In this document: one piece after another, positions 41,266 through 56,041 of the stretch
How the letters are laid out: each line of letters begins with the position of its first letter
Numbering within the stretch: the first letter of the stretch is position 1
Assembly: GCA_964016885.1 (NCBI GenBank)
Contig: OZ024740.1
Span: forward strand, 340,070,001 to 340,134,000
DNA: 64,000 nt
Direction: 5' to 3'
Origin: Eledone cirrhosa
Taxonomy: Eukaryota
Made by a program: the position numbers and the translations under genes
The notes under the pieces: model-generated
What the model was told of the DNA's origin: nothing
Database searches by the model: none
What the model saw: only the letters and a program-made list of their open reading frames with translations

Positions 41266-42402
41266 ATAATTTTTGGTATGAGTTTGAATACTTACTATAC
41301 AGGTGGGCGGTGACGTAAAAAAAAGTCTGGGAACCCCTGTTTTAGATCTTTTTTTAACATTGACTTCACAACAAAAACTACAAATATAAAGTGCGTTTCG
41401 GCCGGACATGGAAATTTTTGATCAAACTGAAAGACGAGTTCAAATCTTGACCTACTTCAGTTAAACAATATGATTCATGCCATCCTAATTTCCCATATAA
41501 GGTAATTCTATATATGTCCTCTCTTAACATTTAAGAATGAAATATAAGAAAGTGGACTACCAAGAAGCAATTAATCTATTGTCGCCACCAATATGGTGTG
41601 CCTATACATAAGTATTTCTGCGTGTATCTACGTTGCTGCATTTCTACAGATATAGGTGTACATCAAACATTTTTATGTATATATAGTTGTACATTTTATT
41701 AAGCTGATAACGTTTTATTATTGTTCAAGTGTACCAGAAACACACTGGGTAATTGCTGGCCTTGTGCCGAAAGTAGAAACAATTATTGTTCAAGTGAATT
41801 AAACAATATTTAATAGTTGTGTTCCTTTGATATTTAGGTGGTCCCGCATGTCATGGCCATAAACTTAACATATAAAACAACCAGAATACAATACAAACAC
41901 AAATGTTATTACATTTTCTAAAGACCCAAATAATAATGCTTCAGTGTTTTTTACAGTATAAAACACAGATAGTATACATATAGGCATGACTGTGGAGTTA
42001 AAAAGTTTGCTTTGCAACTATATAGTTTCAGGTTCACTCCCACTTCATAGCACTTTGAGCAAATGTCTTCTATATCCTCAGGTTAATCAATGCTTAATGA
42101 AAGAACTTTTGTAAACTAAAACTGCAGAAGCCCATAGTGTGTTTGTTTACATTTGTGATTATTTCCCATAAACTAGTGCTTCAACAAAAAGAGATTGATA
42201 GGGTAAGTGTAGCAGTAATTTGAAACGCTCCTCAGTAGAGTTTCTTTCACACTATCAAGTGGTCACCAAGAAGGTGACCTTTGTGGCCTCATAGATATGT
42301 TTCCATTGTGAATGGGCTTTCAAGTCGCCAATATGTCTGAGATTTCAACATATCAACCAGCCTCGGCTATTCTTGAATCCCAGAGACAAAGGAAGGAATA
42401 CT

Positions 42403-43563
42403 CATGACAAAGACTAAGGTCCTTATAAGTAGACGAGAAAACAGAACCCAGATCCCCTCAGGGAAATGGCCTTGCTCAGTATGTAGGAAAGGTGTAGGTA
42501 GGAACTCCATCCTTTGCCCCAAATGCAAACAATGGGTACACAAGAGATGTAGCGGGATCTCAGGAAGCTTAATTAAGAATGTAGGATTCACATGCAGCAG
42601 CTGTGCTGAAACAGCAAGCAAACAGCCACAGGAAACAAGTACCACCAATCTCTGGGAGGGCCCTGTAGAAACAGTAGACAGCTTCTGCTACCTAGGTGAC
42701 CGAATTAGCAACGGAGGTGGGTGCTCAGAAAGTACAATAACTAGGGTAAGAACGGGATGGAAGAAGTTTAGGGAACTACTACCACTGCTAGCTGCAAAAG
42801 GCTTCTCCCTCAGAATGAAAGGCAGACTGTATGATGCGTGTATCCGAACAGCGATGTTGCATGGTAGTGAGACCTGGGCGCTGAAGGTGGAAGACTTACG
42901 TAGATTAGAGAGAAACGAAGCCTGCATGCTCCGATGGATGTGTAACAGTAATATACGTGAACGACAAAGCATAAATGAATTGAGAGAGAGACTGAGCATA
43001 AGAGGAATCAAATGCTGCGTGCAGGAGAGGCGGTTACGCTGGTATGGACATGTGATGCGTATGAAGGATGACAGCTGCATAAAAAGGTGCAGAGCACTAG
43101 AAGTTGATGGAAACCGCGGAGTGGGGAGACCCAAGATGACTTGGGATGAGGTGATAAAAGCCGACCTTACCCAACTACACCTCTCAAAGTCAATGACACA
43201 CGACCGTGACTTCTGGCGTCACGCAGTAATACAGGGTACCCGACCTCCCATGGGTACATGCTGAAGCATATAAACAATATGCCCCCCCCCCCCCACCGCA
43301 AGGTGGTCGTGGAGGTGCCACGGCAAAAAAGCACCCAGCCCACACTGTAAAGTGGACGTGTAGGCGCCACGAAAAAGCACCCAGCACTCACTGTAAATGA
43401 GGTTGGTGTTAGGAAGGGCATCCAGCTGTAGAAATCAAGCCAGATCAGTTCCTGTATGAGCAAGGCATGGTCAGCCGACCAGACACTGCCCACAACAGGA
43501 CAACCCGTCTAACCCATGCTAGCGTGGAAGAACGGACGTAAAACGGTGATGATGATGATGATG
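42403..43563 (+). mobile_element. 5'-truncated RTE LINE (open ORF 42404-43264, 3'UTR, (GAT)n tail)
   Basis: KTKV, PHD-like Cys cluster, YLG, MLHGSETW, RLRWYGHV, RGVGRPKMTW. Confidence 0.92.
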
Positions 43564-44687
43564 AGTCTGCTCTTGTACTCTCAGTCACTTAATGTCACAA
43601 AAACAAAGATAAGCACCCTTATAACTCTACCAGGAATTAAGATCTATACATACATAGTCAATACATGAGGTACTCCCACTCCTCATAGGCAACCATACTA
43701 GTTCCTTCCATGTACTACTATTCTATGTTCTGTAGCACTCAGCCAGGAATCTATCCACTGATTCTTGCTCCAATTCTATGTTTTTTCAATTTTGAAATCA
43801 ATCCTTCATTTTGTAGAACAATGGAATCTTCTTTGCCAATAAATCATATCATATTTCTGCTTCTCTATTTCTGTTTTGTTTTATATTTTTCTTTAAATTT
43901 ACTCTTTCAATTTCTTTCTTATCTTCGTTTTTTTTCTCAGTTATTCAGATCTCTCATCAATTTTAACTATTACCACAATTATTTTGCTTTCACAGTTCCT
44001 ACAGAACCAGTTGATTAATTCCTGTATATTGTATATGGTTGTATCATAAATCTCTAATTCTAAAATCTCCAATGTACTACCAATTGCTACAAGCATCATA
44101 CAAGGCATTATTTTAATTTTTCACTATTTTACTACTGCTATAGTCACAGTCATCTTTTCCAGTTTCTGAAGCATATATCTTATATTGAGGGGCATTTCTT
44201 CTAATTTATACCTTGTTTTTACTTTTAACTACCAATTTCTAACAACACATTCTTCCAGTAGTTTCTGAAGTCATTATTTGTTCTTTTTAAATATATTTTC
44301 TTCAATATTCCAACACTGTAACCAAGCAACAAACTAGTTTCTTAACAAAACTATAGAAAATTGAAACACCAAGGAATAAGATTTTTCAATTTTTTCTTTG
44401 GCGTGTTTCTACTCAATTTTAGTCAGACATGTAGCCATTAATGTCTTTATTCCCAAAACTGCGTGATAAAGAAATTTAGTGGTGACAATACATTCAAAAA
44501 ATTATGCTATATTGTTGTTAAAATTATTTTGCTATAATAAAAACATTTTGTTGTCAAAATTCAATGATAAACAGAAAATATTGAGACATCTCTTTTCATC
44601 AATTTTGCTATAATGAATAAATATATATATATATATGTATATTTATTCAATTTTGCTATAATAAATAAATAAATAAATATATATATA

Positions 44688-44835
44688 CCGTATTTCCCAG
44701 CATCGAAGACTTTTTTCGTAAAATAGGTCTCAAAAATCTACCATGCGTCCTGGAGGTTGAAGGTTGTTTATTATTTTTTTCCAAAATTAGGGTACGTCCT
44801 CAAGGACGAAGCATCTTCGGCGCCGGGAAATACAG
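44688..44835. mobile_element. Tc1/mariner-pogo-type MITE
   Basis: TIRs ccgtatttccc / gggaaatacag flanked by TA; a related right half lies at about 53200-53383. Confidence 0.65.
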
Positions 44836-44877
44836 TATATATATATATATATATATATCATCATCATCATCATCATC

Positions 44878-44908
<31 letters not shown>

Positions 44909-45122
44909 GGACTATACTATAAATGCACTCTTCAGCATCATATGCATAACTAATGTCATATCATTGATGTAAATGAAATATAGAACTAGGCCCCAAAACT
45001 ACCTTGAGAAACATCACTTTTGGCAGCAAAAGTTGGAAAGGAACTGTCTGTTTGTATTATCTTGTATTCAGAGGTACATATCTCTCTACTGTTGGTGGCA
45101 TGATAAAATGCACCCAGTACAC

Positions 45123-45248
45123 TCTTCTTTTTCTTTTTCTTTTTCTTTTTTTTCTTTTTCTTCTTTTTTTCTTTTTCTTTTTTCTTCTTTTTCTTCTTTT
45201 TCTTTTTCTTCTTTTTCTTCTTTTTCTTCTTCTCATCATCATCATCAT
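45123..45248. repeat. TTC/T-rich and (CAT)n simple repeat
   Basis: Seen directly. Confidence 0.95.
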
Positions 45249-45249
45249 G

Positions 45250-45980
45250 TACTGTCAGAAGCAACCATCTCCAATTGGTTTGGCTAGATCCCCAAGCAAG
45301 ACCAGCCAAGCTCATAAATGTTATTTAACTACTTTGCTCGGAGTCTACCGCTAAGTCACCTGTCGATTGGTTTTGCCCTTAAAATCTGTCCAACAATTCT
45401 TTCCTAGAGCATTCTAACTATATGTCCATAATATTGGAGCTGTGATCTCTCAATTTGGAGAAGTAGCAGCTCTGATCTCCGAGTTACGCACTCTATCAAT
45501 TAGCATTACTCAAAGACCCTTTGGAGGAACTTCATTTCAGCCTCTTGTATTGCCGATCATATTCTTTTGGTAATTACCCAAGATTCATAGGTAAGGGTTA
45601 GCACAAACACTGAATTGAAGATAGCAAGTTTGACTTTTACACCTACATCCCTTCTTCTGATTACCAAATCCTGAAGCTGGTGCACTGCTGCACCAGCTCC
45701 TGCAATTCTTGCACTTAATTCAGCCTCCTACCTTTCATTCATCACTCATTTACACGGGCCTGGGATACTTGAACTACTCCACCTACTTCAGTGGAACTCC
45801 ATTCACACGTAAAGTGCACTGCACAGGCTTCCTTGAGAGGACAAGTGTCTTAGTTTTCACAGCACTGACTTTCATTCCTGCTGTACAGCACTCAGCATCA
45901 AACCTATCAAATGCATGTTGAAAATCACCTTCTGATGACTTAAATAATACCCTGTTGTCCACAAATTCCAGCTATTTGGT
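45250..45980 (-). mobile_element. Degenerate RTE (Rex3/Expander-like) 3' fragment
   Basis: Minus-strand remnants LLLQIERSQLQYYGHIVRM, SVFVLTLTYES and VEQVEXFKY; (ATG)n tail. Confidence 0.65.
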
Positions 45981-46849
45981 ACATGGCTTAGTAGTTAGGA
46001 TGTTCAGCTCACAACCATAAGATCATGAGTTTAATTCTCAGTGGAGAATTGTGTCCTTAAGCAAGACACTTAATTTTATGTTGCTCCAGTCAATTCAGCA
46101 TGAAAAAATTAGCTGTTCCTGTAATCCAAAGGGCCAGCTTTGTTATACACTGTGTCACACTAAATCTCCCTGAGAATTACAATAAGCCTACAAATATCTG
46201 TGGAATACTCCACTACTTACATGTTAATTTCACTGACAAGCTGTTCTATTGATCAAACAATTGGAACATTCATCATCAGAACCAATGGAAGTCCTACATA
46301 CACATATTGTGAATACAGCAATACTTAAAAACAATATGTACTTGATTTTACTACTATTTCTTCAGTTTCTTAATTAAGGATTTTGTTAAAAAGTATTTTA
46401 AATTATCTAAAATTTAATATTTATTGTCAGGTAACTTCTAAAATACTAATTCTATATCTGCAATAACTTCCAAAGTTTTCTTAAGTAAATACAACAATTT
46501 ATTACTTCATATGTACAAAACGTATACATCTAAAATGGAATATGTTTTTTAAGTTTAAAACCCATCTTGTGTTCAAAATATTAATAGATTAGTAGTTCAA
46601 AGACATTTTACTTGATTGATACCTAGAATGTCAGATCTATCATATTCAGGATGTCTGATTGAACTAAAATTGCAATCTGTTGTACAGGCACACATCATCA
46701 AAGATTTGGTCTCTGTGTATAAAAGGCTGTGCTCTCTGATACAAGTCTTCCCAAACTTTTTAAATATAAACCCTTTAAAAAATAAAATTGTAGCAACACC
46801 CATCCCCATCTTCTGAAAGAAATTTGTTGTGTTATTATTTTAATAAACG

Positions 46850-47065
46850 GGTGGGGGTTGGCAGAATTGGTACAGTGTTGCATAAAATACCATTGCAGTT
46901 TTTGTTCTGGTTCTTTACATTCTGAGTTCAAATCCCACCAAAGTCAACTTTACCTTTCATCCTTCCTAGGTTTATAAAATGAAGCACCAGTCAAGTACTG
47001 GGGTTGATTTAATCAACTTTGCACTTCCACCAAATTTTCTGGCCTTGTGTCTAAACTAGAAATCA
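46850..47065 (+). mobile_element. SINE
   Basis: A/B-box-like tggcagaattgg and gagttcaaatccc plus the shared core and tail. Confidence 0.65.
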
Positions 47066-49730
47066 ATAATTATTTCTAACATAAACCTAAGGGCAGACAT
47101 TTGCGGAGAGGTATTAGTATATTAAATCAACCTCTTGAACTTGATTGGTACTATATTTCAGTGACCCTAGAAGGGTGAAAGGTAAAGTTGATTTTGCCAG
47201 TATTTGAACTTGGAGATCAGGAACAAATACCATAAGGTCAATTTGGTTAATGCTCTAATTATTCAACCAATTTATTTCTAACATAGATACATTCAAGTGG
47301 GGAGTATAACTGAATAAATTGATTTCTGTATTTGACTGGCATTCATTTTATTGACTCTCGGTTTATTTCTCATATCTTTTATTTCTATATAAGAAGTTTC
47401 AAATAAACTCTAGAAAAAGTTTTGAATGAAATTTCATTATTTTCTTTTAACCCGGACAAGGCCAAGTACTTCTGCTAGGATGGATATATATATATATATA
47501 CATACACATACACATAATACAACAATTGGCTGAGGTTCAAAAAGGCAGTGATGACAATAGATATTCAATGACATAGTGAAATCTACAACAAAATATTGCA
47601 CTTCACTTTTGATAAAAATAGTTTTTATTTACTGCCATAAAACCTCCTACATTCACCCACTATTGTTACCATGGAGACAACAATAGTCAAATAGAATGAC
47701 AGTATTAATGTCTGTATATTATGTGGAACATGTCTAAATGTTGAACTTTCAGTTATATATGACAACTAGACAGCATGAAGCCTGTGCATGATTGTCTGAC
47801 CTACTAGAAATATGCTAGGGTAGGCTGAAACATTCATAGGCTGTCTATGAAGAAGTGATGCTAGAGCTGTGAAATCTTGCATACATTAATTTCACTTGGT
47901 TAGAAACCAGTATCGCAGTGATGGTGATCATGACTGAACAATGATACACATGTTTCAAATTCTATATTCTGCTGTTCTGATCAAATGTATCTTGTCAGAA
48001 CGATCAGAAATTTCTCTCCAGAGGAATAAAATTTACAAATTTTGCCCCCTCCGCTATACCCCTTAGCAGCTATCCTTGCTGTTATTGCACACACACCTCT
48101 CCAGTAGTAGTTATTCTCAGCATCACTGTACACCACTACTCCTTCTTTATCTAGGGTCACCTCCACCACCCTCATACTCCTAAATCCTAATGTCCACACT
48201 CTAACCAGGGTCATCACCCACCCATTCCACCACTCTACTCTAGACACCCCCTTAAACACTGACACACTAGTCATAGCCCACTTGTAGCTGTTATTACCAC
48301 AGTACCTCCCAAACAGCTGGAGATCTCCCCTTTCATCCGCCACACCTCACCCTGTCAAATACCTCCACACTTGGCAACAACCCACCCCATCCTTAGAGAG
48401 GAGAGAGCTCTTCAGATGAGTCAATAATGACAACCTCTAGTGACAACACCACCATAAATTACCCAGTACACCTTGTAATGTGGTTGGCAATAGGAAAGCA
48501 CCCCACTGTAGAAACTATGCCAAAAGAGTCAAGAGAAATCTTAACTATGTCAGAGGCTTGACAACCACTCTAGTGTTGGTGAACTACATGATAAACACAT
48601 CCAGTATACTCTGTAAAGTAGTGGGTTATAGGAATGGGATCCAGCTATAGAAAACTTACCAAACAAAGAGTTGGGAGGACTCTTCAGTTGTGTCACAGAC
48701 ATGACAGCCTCCCTGGTTTACATGACAACCTCCCTGATTTTGATGATTTACTTGATAAAGACAATCACTACAGTCTACAAAGTGGTTGTTATTAGGAAGG
48801 GCATCTTGTGATAGAAAACCTTTCAAACAAAGGGTAAAAAAAAATGTTCATAACAACTTCCCTAATTTTGGTGCCACAATAAAATAAACTCAGTAGAGCA
48901 TGGGGTCATATTTCAAGCCCCAGGCCCACTTGGAGGTTAGAGGCTCTGTTTGAATACTGACTGGTCTATGGTGACATGTCTAACCCTTGCCTACAGGGAA
49001 AACAAATGTTAAATGATGTTGATGATAAAATCTTTAATGATAGTTATATTAGTTAATATAATATATAATTTTTTAACCAATGATTATGCTTACTGAGAAA
49101 TAGATAAACATAGCCCCACATAGTGGGGGGAATCTGATTTCATATTTAAATTCAGCATACAAAAGTATACTTTGAACACCCATCAAAACACATGTCACAA
49201 ATTTTTCTGTTGCAAACGCTGACCAGAGGACAAAAAAACAACAGAAATAACTGGTATATTAAGATTAACTTTACATGATATCTATATATTTATATTAAGA
49301 AGAATCTAAACAAATGCTATTGATATTGTTTAGCCTAGGTTAACTCTGATCAAGCAGAACTATGATCAAATGAGTTCCAGCCATAACTATCTCATTTGTT
49401 TGGTAGTATCAAGGACTACATTATTGAATGTGTCTACCTATTTTTAAGCTGGTAAGTTGTGATTTAGCTGGTATTTCTAGCAAGTCATGTAAGAGGTATA
49501 TCCCTAGATGTCATAACTCTTTGTCTATACAAGTTGTTTGACCAGCTATGTACGTGCCATAGGACAGCTTGATCAGAGCTAACCTACAACAAATATAGCT
49601 CTATTTCTCCAGTAAAACTACCATGTTAAATCAGATTATCATGATTTCACATGTGATAGCATTGAAACATTAGTGAATAACTTTACTTCTTTCTCACACG
49701 CTCTATTTCTCTTTTCTCTCTTCCCACCTC

Positions 49731-49783
<53 letters not shown>

Positions 49784-49804
49784 CTCCTCACTCACTCTCT
49801 CTCC

Positions 49805-49846
<42 letters not shown>

Positions 49847-50924
49847 GTCTCGTTTTCTTTATCTCACTTCTTGTGTTTAAGGGAATCAGTCAATGTTGTT
49901 TAATGAGTAACAATCATACTTATATATAGCAATCTAAGGCAGATACATTTGAAACAGTTCCTTGTTCCCTACCCCCAAGGAAATCATTAATCAAGGCACC
50001 ATCAACATGAACGAAAACTTTCTTATAATTCATTCTTTAAGCAGTAAAAGCTATCAATGTTATTTCTGCAATAGAATAAAGTCTATAAATATTTGTCTTC
50101 TCCAAGTATGAAGCACAAACCATATTGTCTGAAATGTTGATAGTGGTTTATTAAACATGACATGGAAAATGAGCTAATGTGAAAGCCACATACTCAAAAC
50201 AACAGCCAAATCTCCAACAAATTGTACCTTACTATTTTTAAAAATTTGCAGGGCAGATTGAATAATGTAGTCTTAGGTACACTATGCCTGAAAGATATAT
50301 GGGATGGTACTGGTAGGGACAGATTTAATCAAAAGTCAGTTTGATCAGAGCTGATCTGTGGCTAAACAACAATACCACAGTCATTTGTATGTTTTTCTCA
50401 CCACATAAGGTGTTACTACTTGCTTCTCTGGGCATGGACATATTGAAGCTGGCAACTTACTTGGTAAACGCCCACGAAATTATTAATCATCTTGCCAACA
50501 ACTCTGAGCACCTTTTTGAATTCCATGGGCATGCTTACAAAGTCAAAAAGCAGCACAGCTCCCATGACTTTTGGAAACATTTTTTCATGCTCAGAGTTGC
50601 TGAAACATAGAACAAACTACCTGCATCAGTTGTTAGCTGCTGAGACACTGCATCCTTCAAAACTTCCATGCTACCTGAAATCCGTCAACACTACATCTGA
50701 TATTCCCCTTCCATACACATGCACATAAGTATCTGTGTGTATATCATGACACTGTTCACTTTCTTGACATTTGTACATTATTCTATGTACTATACATGCA
50801 CCTTTGATGAGTTGTAGTGCACCTGAGCACTGTACACAATAATTTTCAATATTATTATTATATTATTTCCCTTTTTCTATTATATTGAAGAATGTGGGTT
50901 TAAGAGGAATTGGAAGAGAGAAGT

Positions 50925-51181
50925 CTCCATTGGTATATGTGATATGCATGGATGATGATTGCTGGATGAAGAAGTACCAAGAAATCCCAGTGGAAGGAAG
51001 CTGCAGTAGAGTAGACAAAGGAAGACCTGGGTAGAGGTAGTGAGAGCTGATCTCAAGTCACTGAAACTCACAGAGGAGATGACGAAGGAATGTGACATGT
51101 GGAGAGATGCTGTACTGAAAAGAACCTATCCAACCCATGCAAGCATGGAAAAACAGATGTAAAAATAATGATAATGATGAT
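50925..51181 (+). mobile_element. Old RTE 3' fragment
   Basis: RKTWVEVVRADL remnant; aacccatgcaagcatggaaaaacagatgtaaaa terminus. Confidence 0.65.
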
Positions 51182-51587
51182 TTCCATACAGTAAGCTAGT
51201 TACTACAGTTCAAACAAGCAATAGAAAAGACTATACTTAACAAAGGCCAAGAACCCAGAAACATTCATAATGTTAGCTACCATTTGATATTTTCCCATAA
51301 TCATTGTACTATTGTTAATTCTGATTTTGAAAATATAGGAAATGATCAAAATCATCCATATAGAAATCCCGTAATGGTTGTCTACCATAGCAGAGCTCAA
51401 GATAAACAATCTCTTCATTATAAAAATGGAATCAGTTTGACTAATTTCTAGCCTTTGGTTTTCATCAGAAAAAAGTATCCATTTTCTGTCCAGAGAGAGA
51501 TTAATAATTTGTAGCTATTTATAATCTATACAAGCTAGGACTCAACTAAAATGGTCTGTTTCATTTGCATAACAATGCATGAGCTAA

Positions 51588-51780
51588 TAATTGTTTCTAC
51601 TTTTGGCACAAGGCCAGCAATTATCCCAGTGCATTACTGGTACTTTATTTTATCGACCCCGTAAGGATGAAATGCAAAGTTAACCTCGGCGAGATTTGAA
51701 CTCAGATCATAAAGGGCCGTAACTCTATGCTGCAAAGCATAGCGTCTGACCCTCTACTGATACTGCCAATCCACCACCCT
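51588..51780 (-). mobile_element. SINE
   Basis: Reverse complement of the 14125-14280 and 52435-52620 family. Confidence 0.72.
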
Positions 51781-52434
51781 AATACATGAGCTAATAATGT
51801 AGGTTAATTAATCCATGGGTACTATATAACATTTTAAAATAATTTTATATGTAAGCAGCAACAAGCATTTTCAGGCCATTTTTCCCTACTAAAATAAAGG
51901 TTAGATTTGTGGGCCCCTTGAAAGGCTTCATGCTCATCATGAGATCCTTATTGAAGCAATGTTTTACAGCCAAGCCTTTTAGTCACCTCTTCCAACATGC
52001 AGAGTTAATGTGTTCCTATTCAAAACCAGGTACAGTCATAATATGTAAAGTATATCTCATTTTAATACATATACAATTTTATCCACTCTGTGAAAAATAA
52101 ATGAAGTCGTTACACTACAGACTGTTATCTCTCCATAAGCAAATTGACAAATTGGTATATCTAATTTACATAACAATGAGGGTGCTGATTATGTAGATTA
52201 ATTTATTTAGGTAAAGTAATCCTAGACATACAAAAAGAAAGGATGATCATATTTCAAAAGCCTTTGATCATAGGTCAGCATGATCTGGGCTAACCCAAAT
52301 CTAAACAACAATTTAACAATAATTGTATAATGATAAAGTGTGGGAGGTGAGTAGAAGACTATACAGAATGCACCTTTATATTCTAAACTGAAACCCTGGT
52401 GTGGGTTAATAAATAAATATCATTATTGTACATG

Positions 52435-52620
52435 GGCAGTACTGGTAGAACGTTAGATACCATGCTTTGCAGCATAGAGTTATAGCCCTTTACGTTCTGA
52501 GTTCAAATCCTGCCGAGGTTAGCTTTGCCTTTCATCGTTATGGGGGTCGATAAAATAAAGCACCAGTAATCCCCTCCTCTTCAAATTGCTGGCCTTGTGC
52601 CTAAAGTAGAAACAATTACT
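52435..52620 (+). mobile_element. SINE
   Basis: gagttcaaatcctgccgagg...gctggccttgtgcctaaagtagaaacaatta. Confidence 0.72.
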
Positions 52621-54120
52621 GTACATGGGGTACAATGGATCTTGATTGGTTTTGGCAGTTGTTCGATCAATGGAACAGCCTGCTCATGAAATTAACATGT
52701 GTCTGAGAATTCCAGACACATGTACATTTAATATAATTCCCAGAGAGATCCAGTGTGACACAATGTGTGCCAAAGCTGGCACTTTGAATAATAAGTACAG
52801 TCTATTCAACTGGCTTCCAAACAGTTTCTGTCTACCTAGTTTCTCTCACAAGGTATGGGTCGACCCTAGGACTATGGTAAATGACAATTTCCCAAGATGC
52901 AACTCAGTGATTTAATGGTTGCAAAGTGAACTGCTTAACCATCCAGCCATATTGCATCCACATATATGTGGTAAAACAGAATTCAATGTTTGGAGCTTGG
53001 TGGTGTGGAACACATGGTAGAACACCCAGTTAATGGTATTTGGTTCCATCTATTTTATTTTTGCTTTCAAATCTTGCTATGACCAACTTTAGTACTTATT
53101 TTATTGACCTTGTAAATAGTTTTATCTGAGGTCAATTTAATCCACTGCATTCTTTCCCAGGAAATGTGTACCCCTTTGCCAATGTAACATAAATTATCAT
53201 ATATACGCAATCGAGGAATATATGACCCAAAATATTGATGGTAAAATGGGCGGGCAGCTTATATACACCATTTAAACAATTAGCGGCCTTGGCTTATAAA
53301 TAGGGTTGGGATTTTTGCCCATTTCATAGACAAAATGTGGGGTCGGCTTATATTCATATCAGCTTATATTTGCATATACACGGTAATATAAATAAATTAT
53401 TGAAATTGAGAAATACATGGTCCAACCTTTGCCAGCAGGGTAAGTAAATTTTAAATGGTGATGATAATGATTGTTATATTTGATATATTGTTATATTATT
53501 GGAACCTGTAAAAGAAAAATGGCATTCATTCATTTAAGTATATATGTTTAATCCCTGATCCTTTCACTTTTTTTTTTTTAATGGTCTTAAATTTTTATGT
53601 TTTGAACATCAACAATTAAAAATCTGCAATTAAAAAAATATTCTAAACAATACAAAAAGTGCTTTAAAAAATACAGAATTTATATTCCAATGCTTTATAA
53701 ATATATACATTAAAAAATATGAATGTTTTGTAATAGCCCAATAGTCATTCTATCCTCAGCTTCAGCCAGGTATCAGCAATAGGAGTGTCACAGTCCACAA
53801 TTGGGCCATTCAAGTGTTCCCTGTGGGCCTCAGAATTATCTACGTTTTCATATATAAGATATTATGTAATATAGATGTTGCAAATCGAAAAAATATTCAA
53901 AAGTTGACCATTAGAAAAAGGAGTTGTCAATCCCTACCTTAAAATAAATTACTATTAATACTCTATTGCTGAAGATAGTTAATTGGCAGTGTAATTTAGG
54001 GTATTGGCTTAAAAATACCTTGGTTATTTGTTCCAGCTCACTGTTCTCTCAGTTCAAATTCCACCAAGGTCAATTTTATCTTTTATCCTTTTGTGGTCAA
54101 TGAATAGTGTACCAGTTCAG

Positions 54121-54123
<3 letters not shown>

Positions 54124-54197
<74 letters not shown>
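54124..54197. repeat. (CT)n microsatellite
   Basis: Seen directly. Confidence 0.97.
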
Positions 54198-54200
<3 letters not shown>

Positions 54201-54499
54201 ACACACAAGAAAATCAGCTATGCTCCACCTGGAGAGGAAGGGCTCCTCCAGATTTAAAATGGCCAAGACATGACATTACTGCCTTTGAGTCTACTTGATC
54301 AGTGTTGACTTAATCAGTGTTGATAATAAAATAATTATATCATCACCATCAACCCTTGGGTTAGACAAGAACTTTTGAAGCAGAATTCTATGGCTAGATA
54401 CCCTTCATGACACCAACCATCACTTTTTTTTTCCTAAGTAGGATCTATGTTTATGTGCTACATAAATAAATATATAAATTTATATATATATATAATATC

Positions 54500-55255
54500 A
54501 TCTTCATCATCATCATCATTTTACGTCCACTTTTCCTTTCTTGCAAGGGTGGGATGCGTCCTCTTCAGCACAGCATCTCTCCATTCGTCATGGTCCTTCA
54601 TCATCTCCTCTTGAGCTTCAGCAATCTGAGGTCAGCTCTCACCATCTCCACCCCTGTTTTTCGTGGTCTTCCTTTACTACGTCTTCCTCACACCAGGATT
54701 TTTCTTGGCACTTCTTCACCACGCGGTCATCTTCCATGTGCATTATATGTCTTCTCTCCTGTACACTACAGTTTATCCCTCTTATACACAGTTTCACTCT
54801 CAACTCGTCTATGCTTGGTCGTTCACGCACATTGACATTGCATATCCATCGGACATGCTTGCTTGCTTCGTTTCTCTCCAGTCATTGCATATCCTCCACA
54901 GTTGCTGCCCATATCTCACTACCATGCAGCATCGCACATCTCACACAGGCATCATACAACCGACCTTTCATTCGTAGGGAGAAACACTTCATTGTCAACA
55001 GAGGAAGCAGCTCCCTAAACTTCTTCCATCCTGTCCTTATTCTAGATACTATGGCCTCAGAACATCCTCCTCCCTTGATAATCTGATCACCTAGGTATCA
55101 GAAGCTATCAACCACCTTTATAGATTCTACCTGCATTTGAAAATTGTGCCTATCACTGCCACTTCTATCAAATTTCCCTGAACATCTACTGCATATGAAG
55201 TTTTCCCTTCCTGTTAGTTTGCCTGCTATCCCACTACACCTATTATGTACCCAAG
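54500..55255 (-). mobile_element. Degenerate RTE 3' fragment
   Basis: WVHNRCSGI, GWKKFRELLPLL, KGRLYDACV remnants. Confidence 0.85.
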
Positions 55256-55282
55256 ATATATATATATATATATATATATATA

Positions 55283-55932
55283 TCATTATCATCATCATCA
55301 TCAACGTTTAACGTCCGTGTTCCACGCTTGCATGGGTTTGGACGGGGGTTTTCCCACTTGAGGCAAGAGTGATTGTCTTGCTCGCATAGGACTGTCTGGC
55401 AGGTTTTCTACAGTTGGATGCCCTTCCTAACACCAACCACATTTACAGTGGGTCTGGGAGGTTTTTACCGTGTTGCCTACACGGCCACATTACAGCGTGG
55501 ACTGTGTGTTTTTTTGTCGTGACACCTACACGATCTCATTTGTTTCGGCCTGGATGGTGTGGCACCAACATAGCTTTACATAGAAGGGGGCGGTGTGGAT
55601 GGGGTGGGGGTGGTGGGACGGGGGTGTATTTTGTTAGAGATGCCTACTGACTGTAGTAGGTTTTACTTTGTATTTAGGTAAGGCGGGTCTTCTCTATTAC
55701 TGAGTACCGCCAAAGGTCTCGGTCCAGTGACATTGTCTTGGTGAGGTGTAAGTGTGTGAGGTCGGAGTTTATCAGCTCGTCCCAGGTTTTTCTGGGTCTG
55801 CCTATTCCGTGGCTACCGTCTATCTTTATTGCCCTGCACTTTGTTATACAGCTATCGTCCTTCATGCGCATCACGTGACCATACCAACGTAGCCTTCTCT
55901 CTAGTAAACAACATCTGATCCCTCTTATTTCT
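55283..55932 (-). mobile_element. RTE 3' end, inverted near-identical copy of 62922-63562
   Basis: The 66-aa ORFs 55674-55874 and 62981-63181 encode identical peptides, and the 3'UTRs match. Confidence 0.92.
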
Positions 55933-56041
55933 ATATATATAAATATAAATTAGCGAGAATCGTTTTCAGCTCAGGAATTAACGAGAATCAAAACAGACCA
56001 AGGGTCGACTTACACCCGGGCAACGCCGGGTACTTCTGCTA

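Noticed and set aside
44973-45354. Poly-Lys, poly-Arg and poly-Phe ORFs
   Set aside because: Products of the TTC/T-rich simple repeat.
47981-48343. 120-aa minus-strand ORF
   Set aside because: Probably a decayed RTE 5'/endonuclease start (VRVWTL..RSMR); similarity too weak to call.
51203-51500. Minus-strand ORF with WILFSDE, resembling a Tc1 transposase remnant
   Set aside because: Too degenerate and no TIRs found; not called as a feature or host gene.
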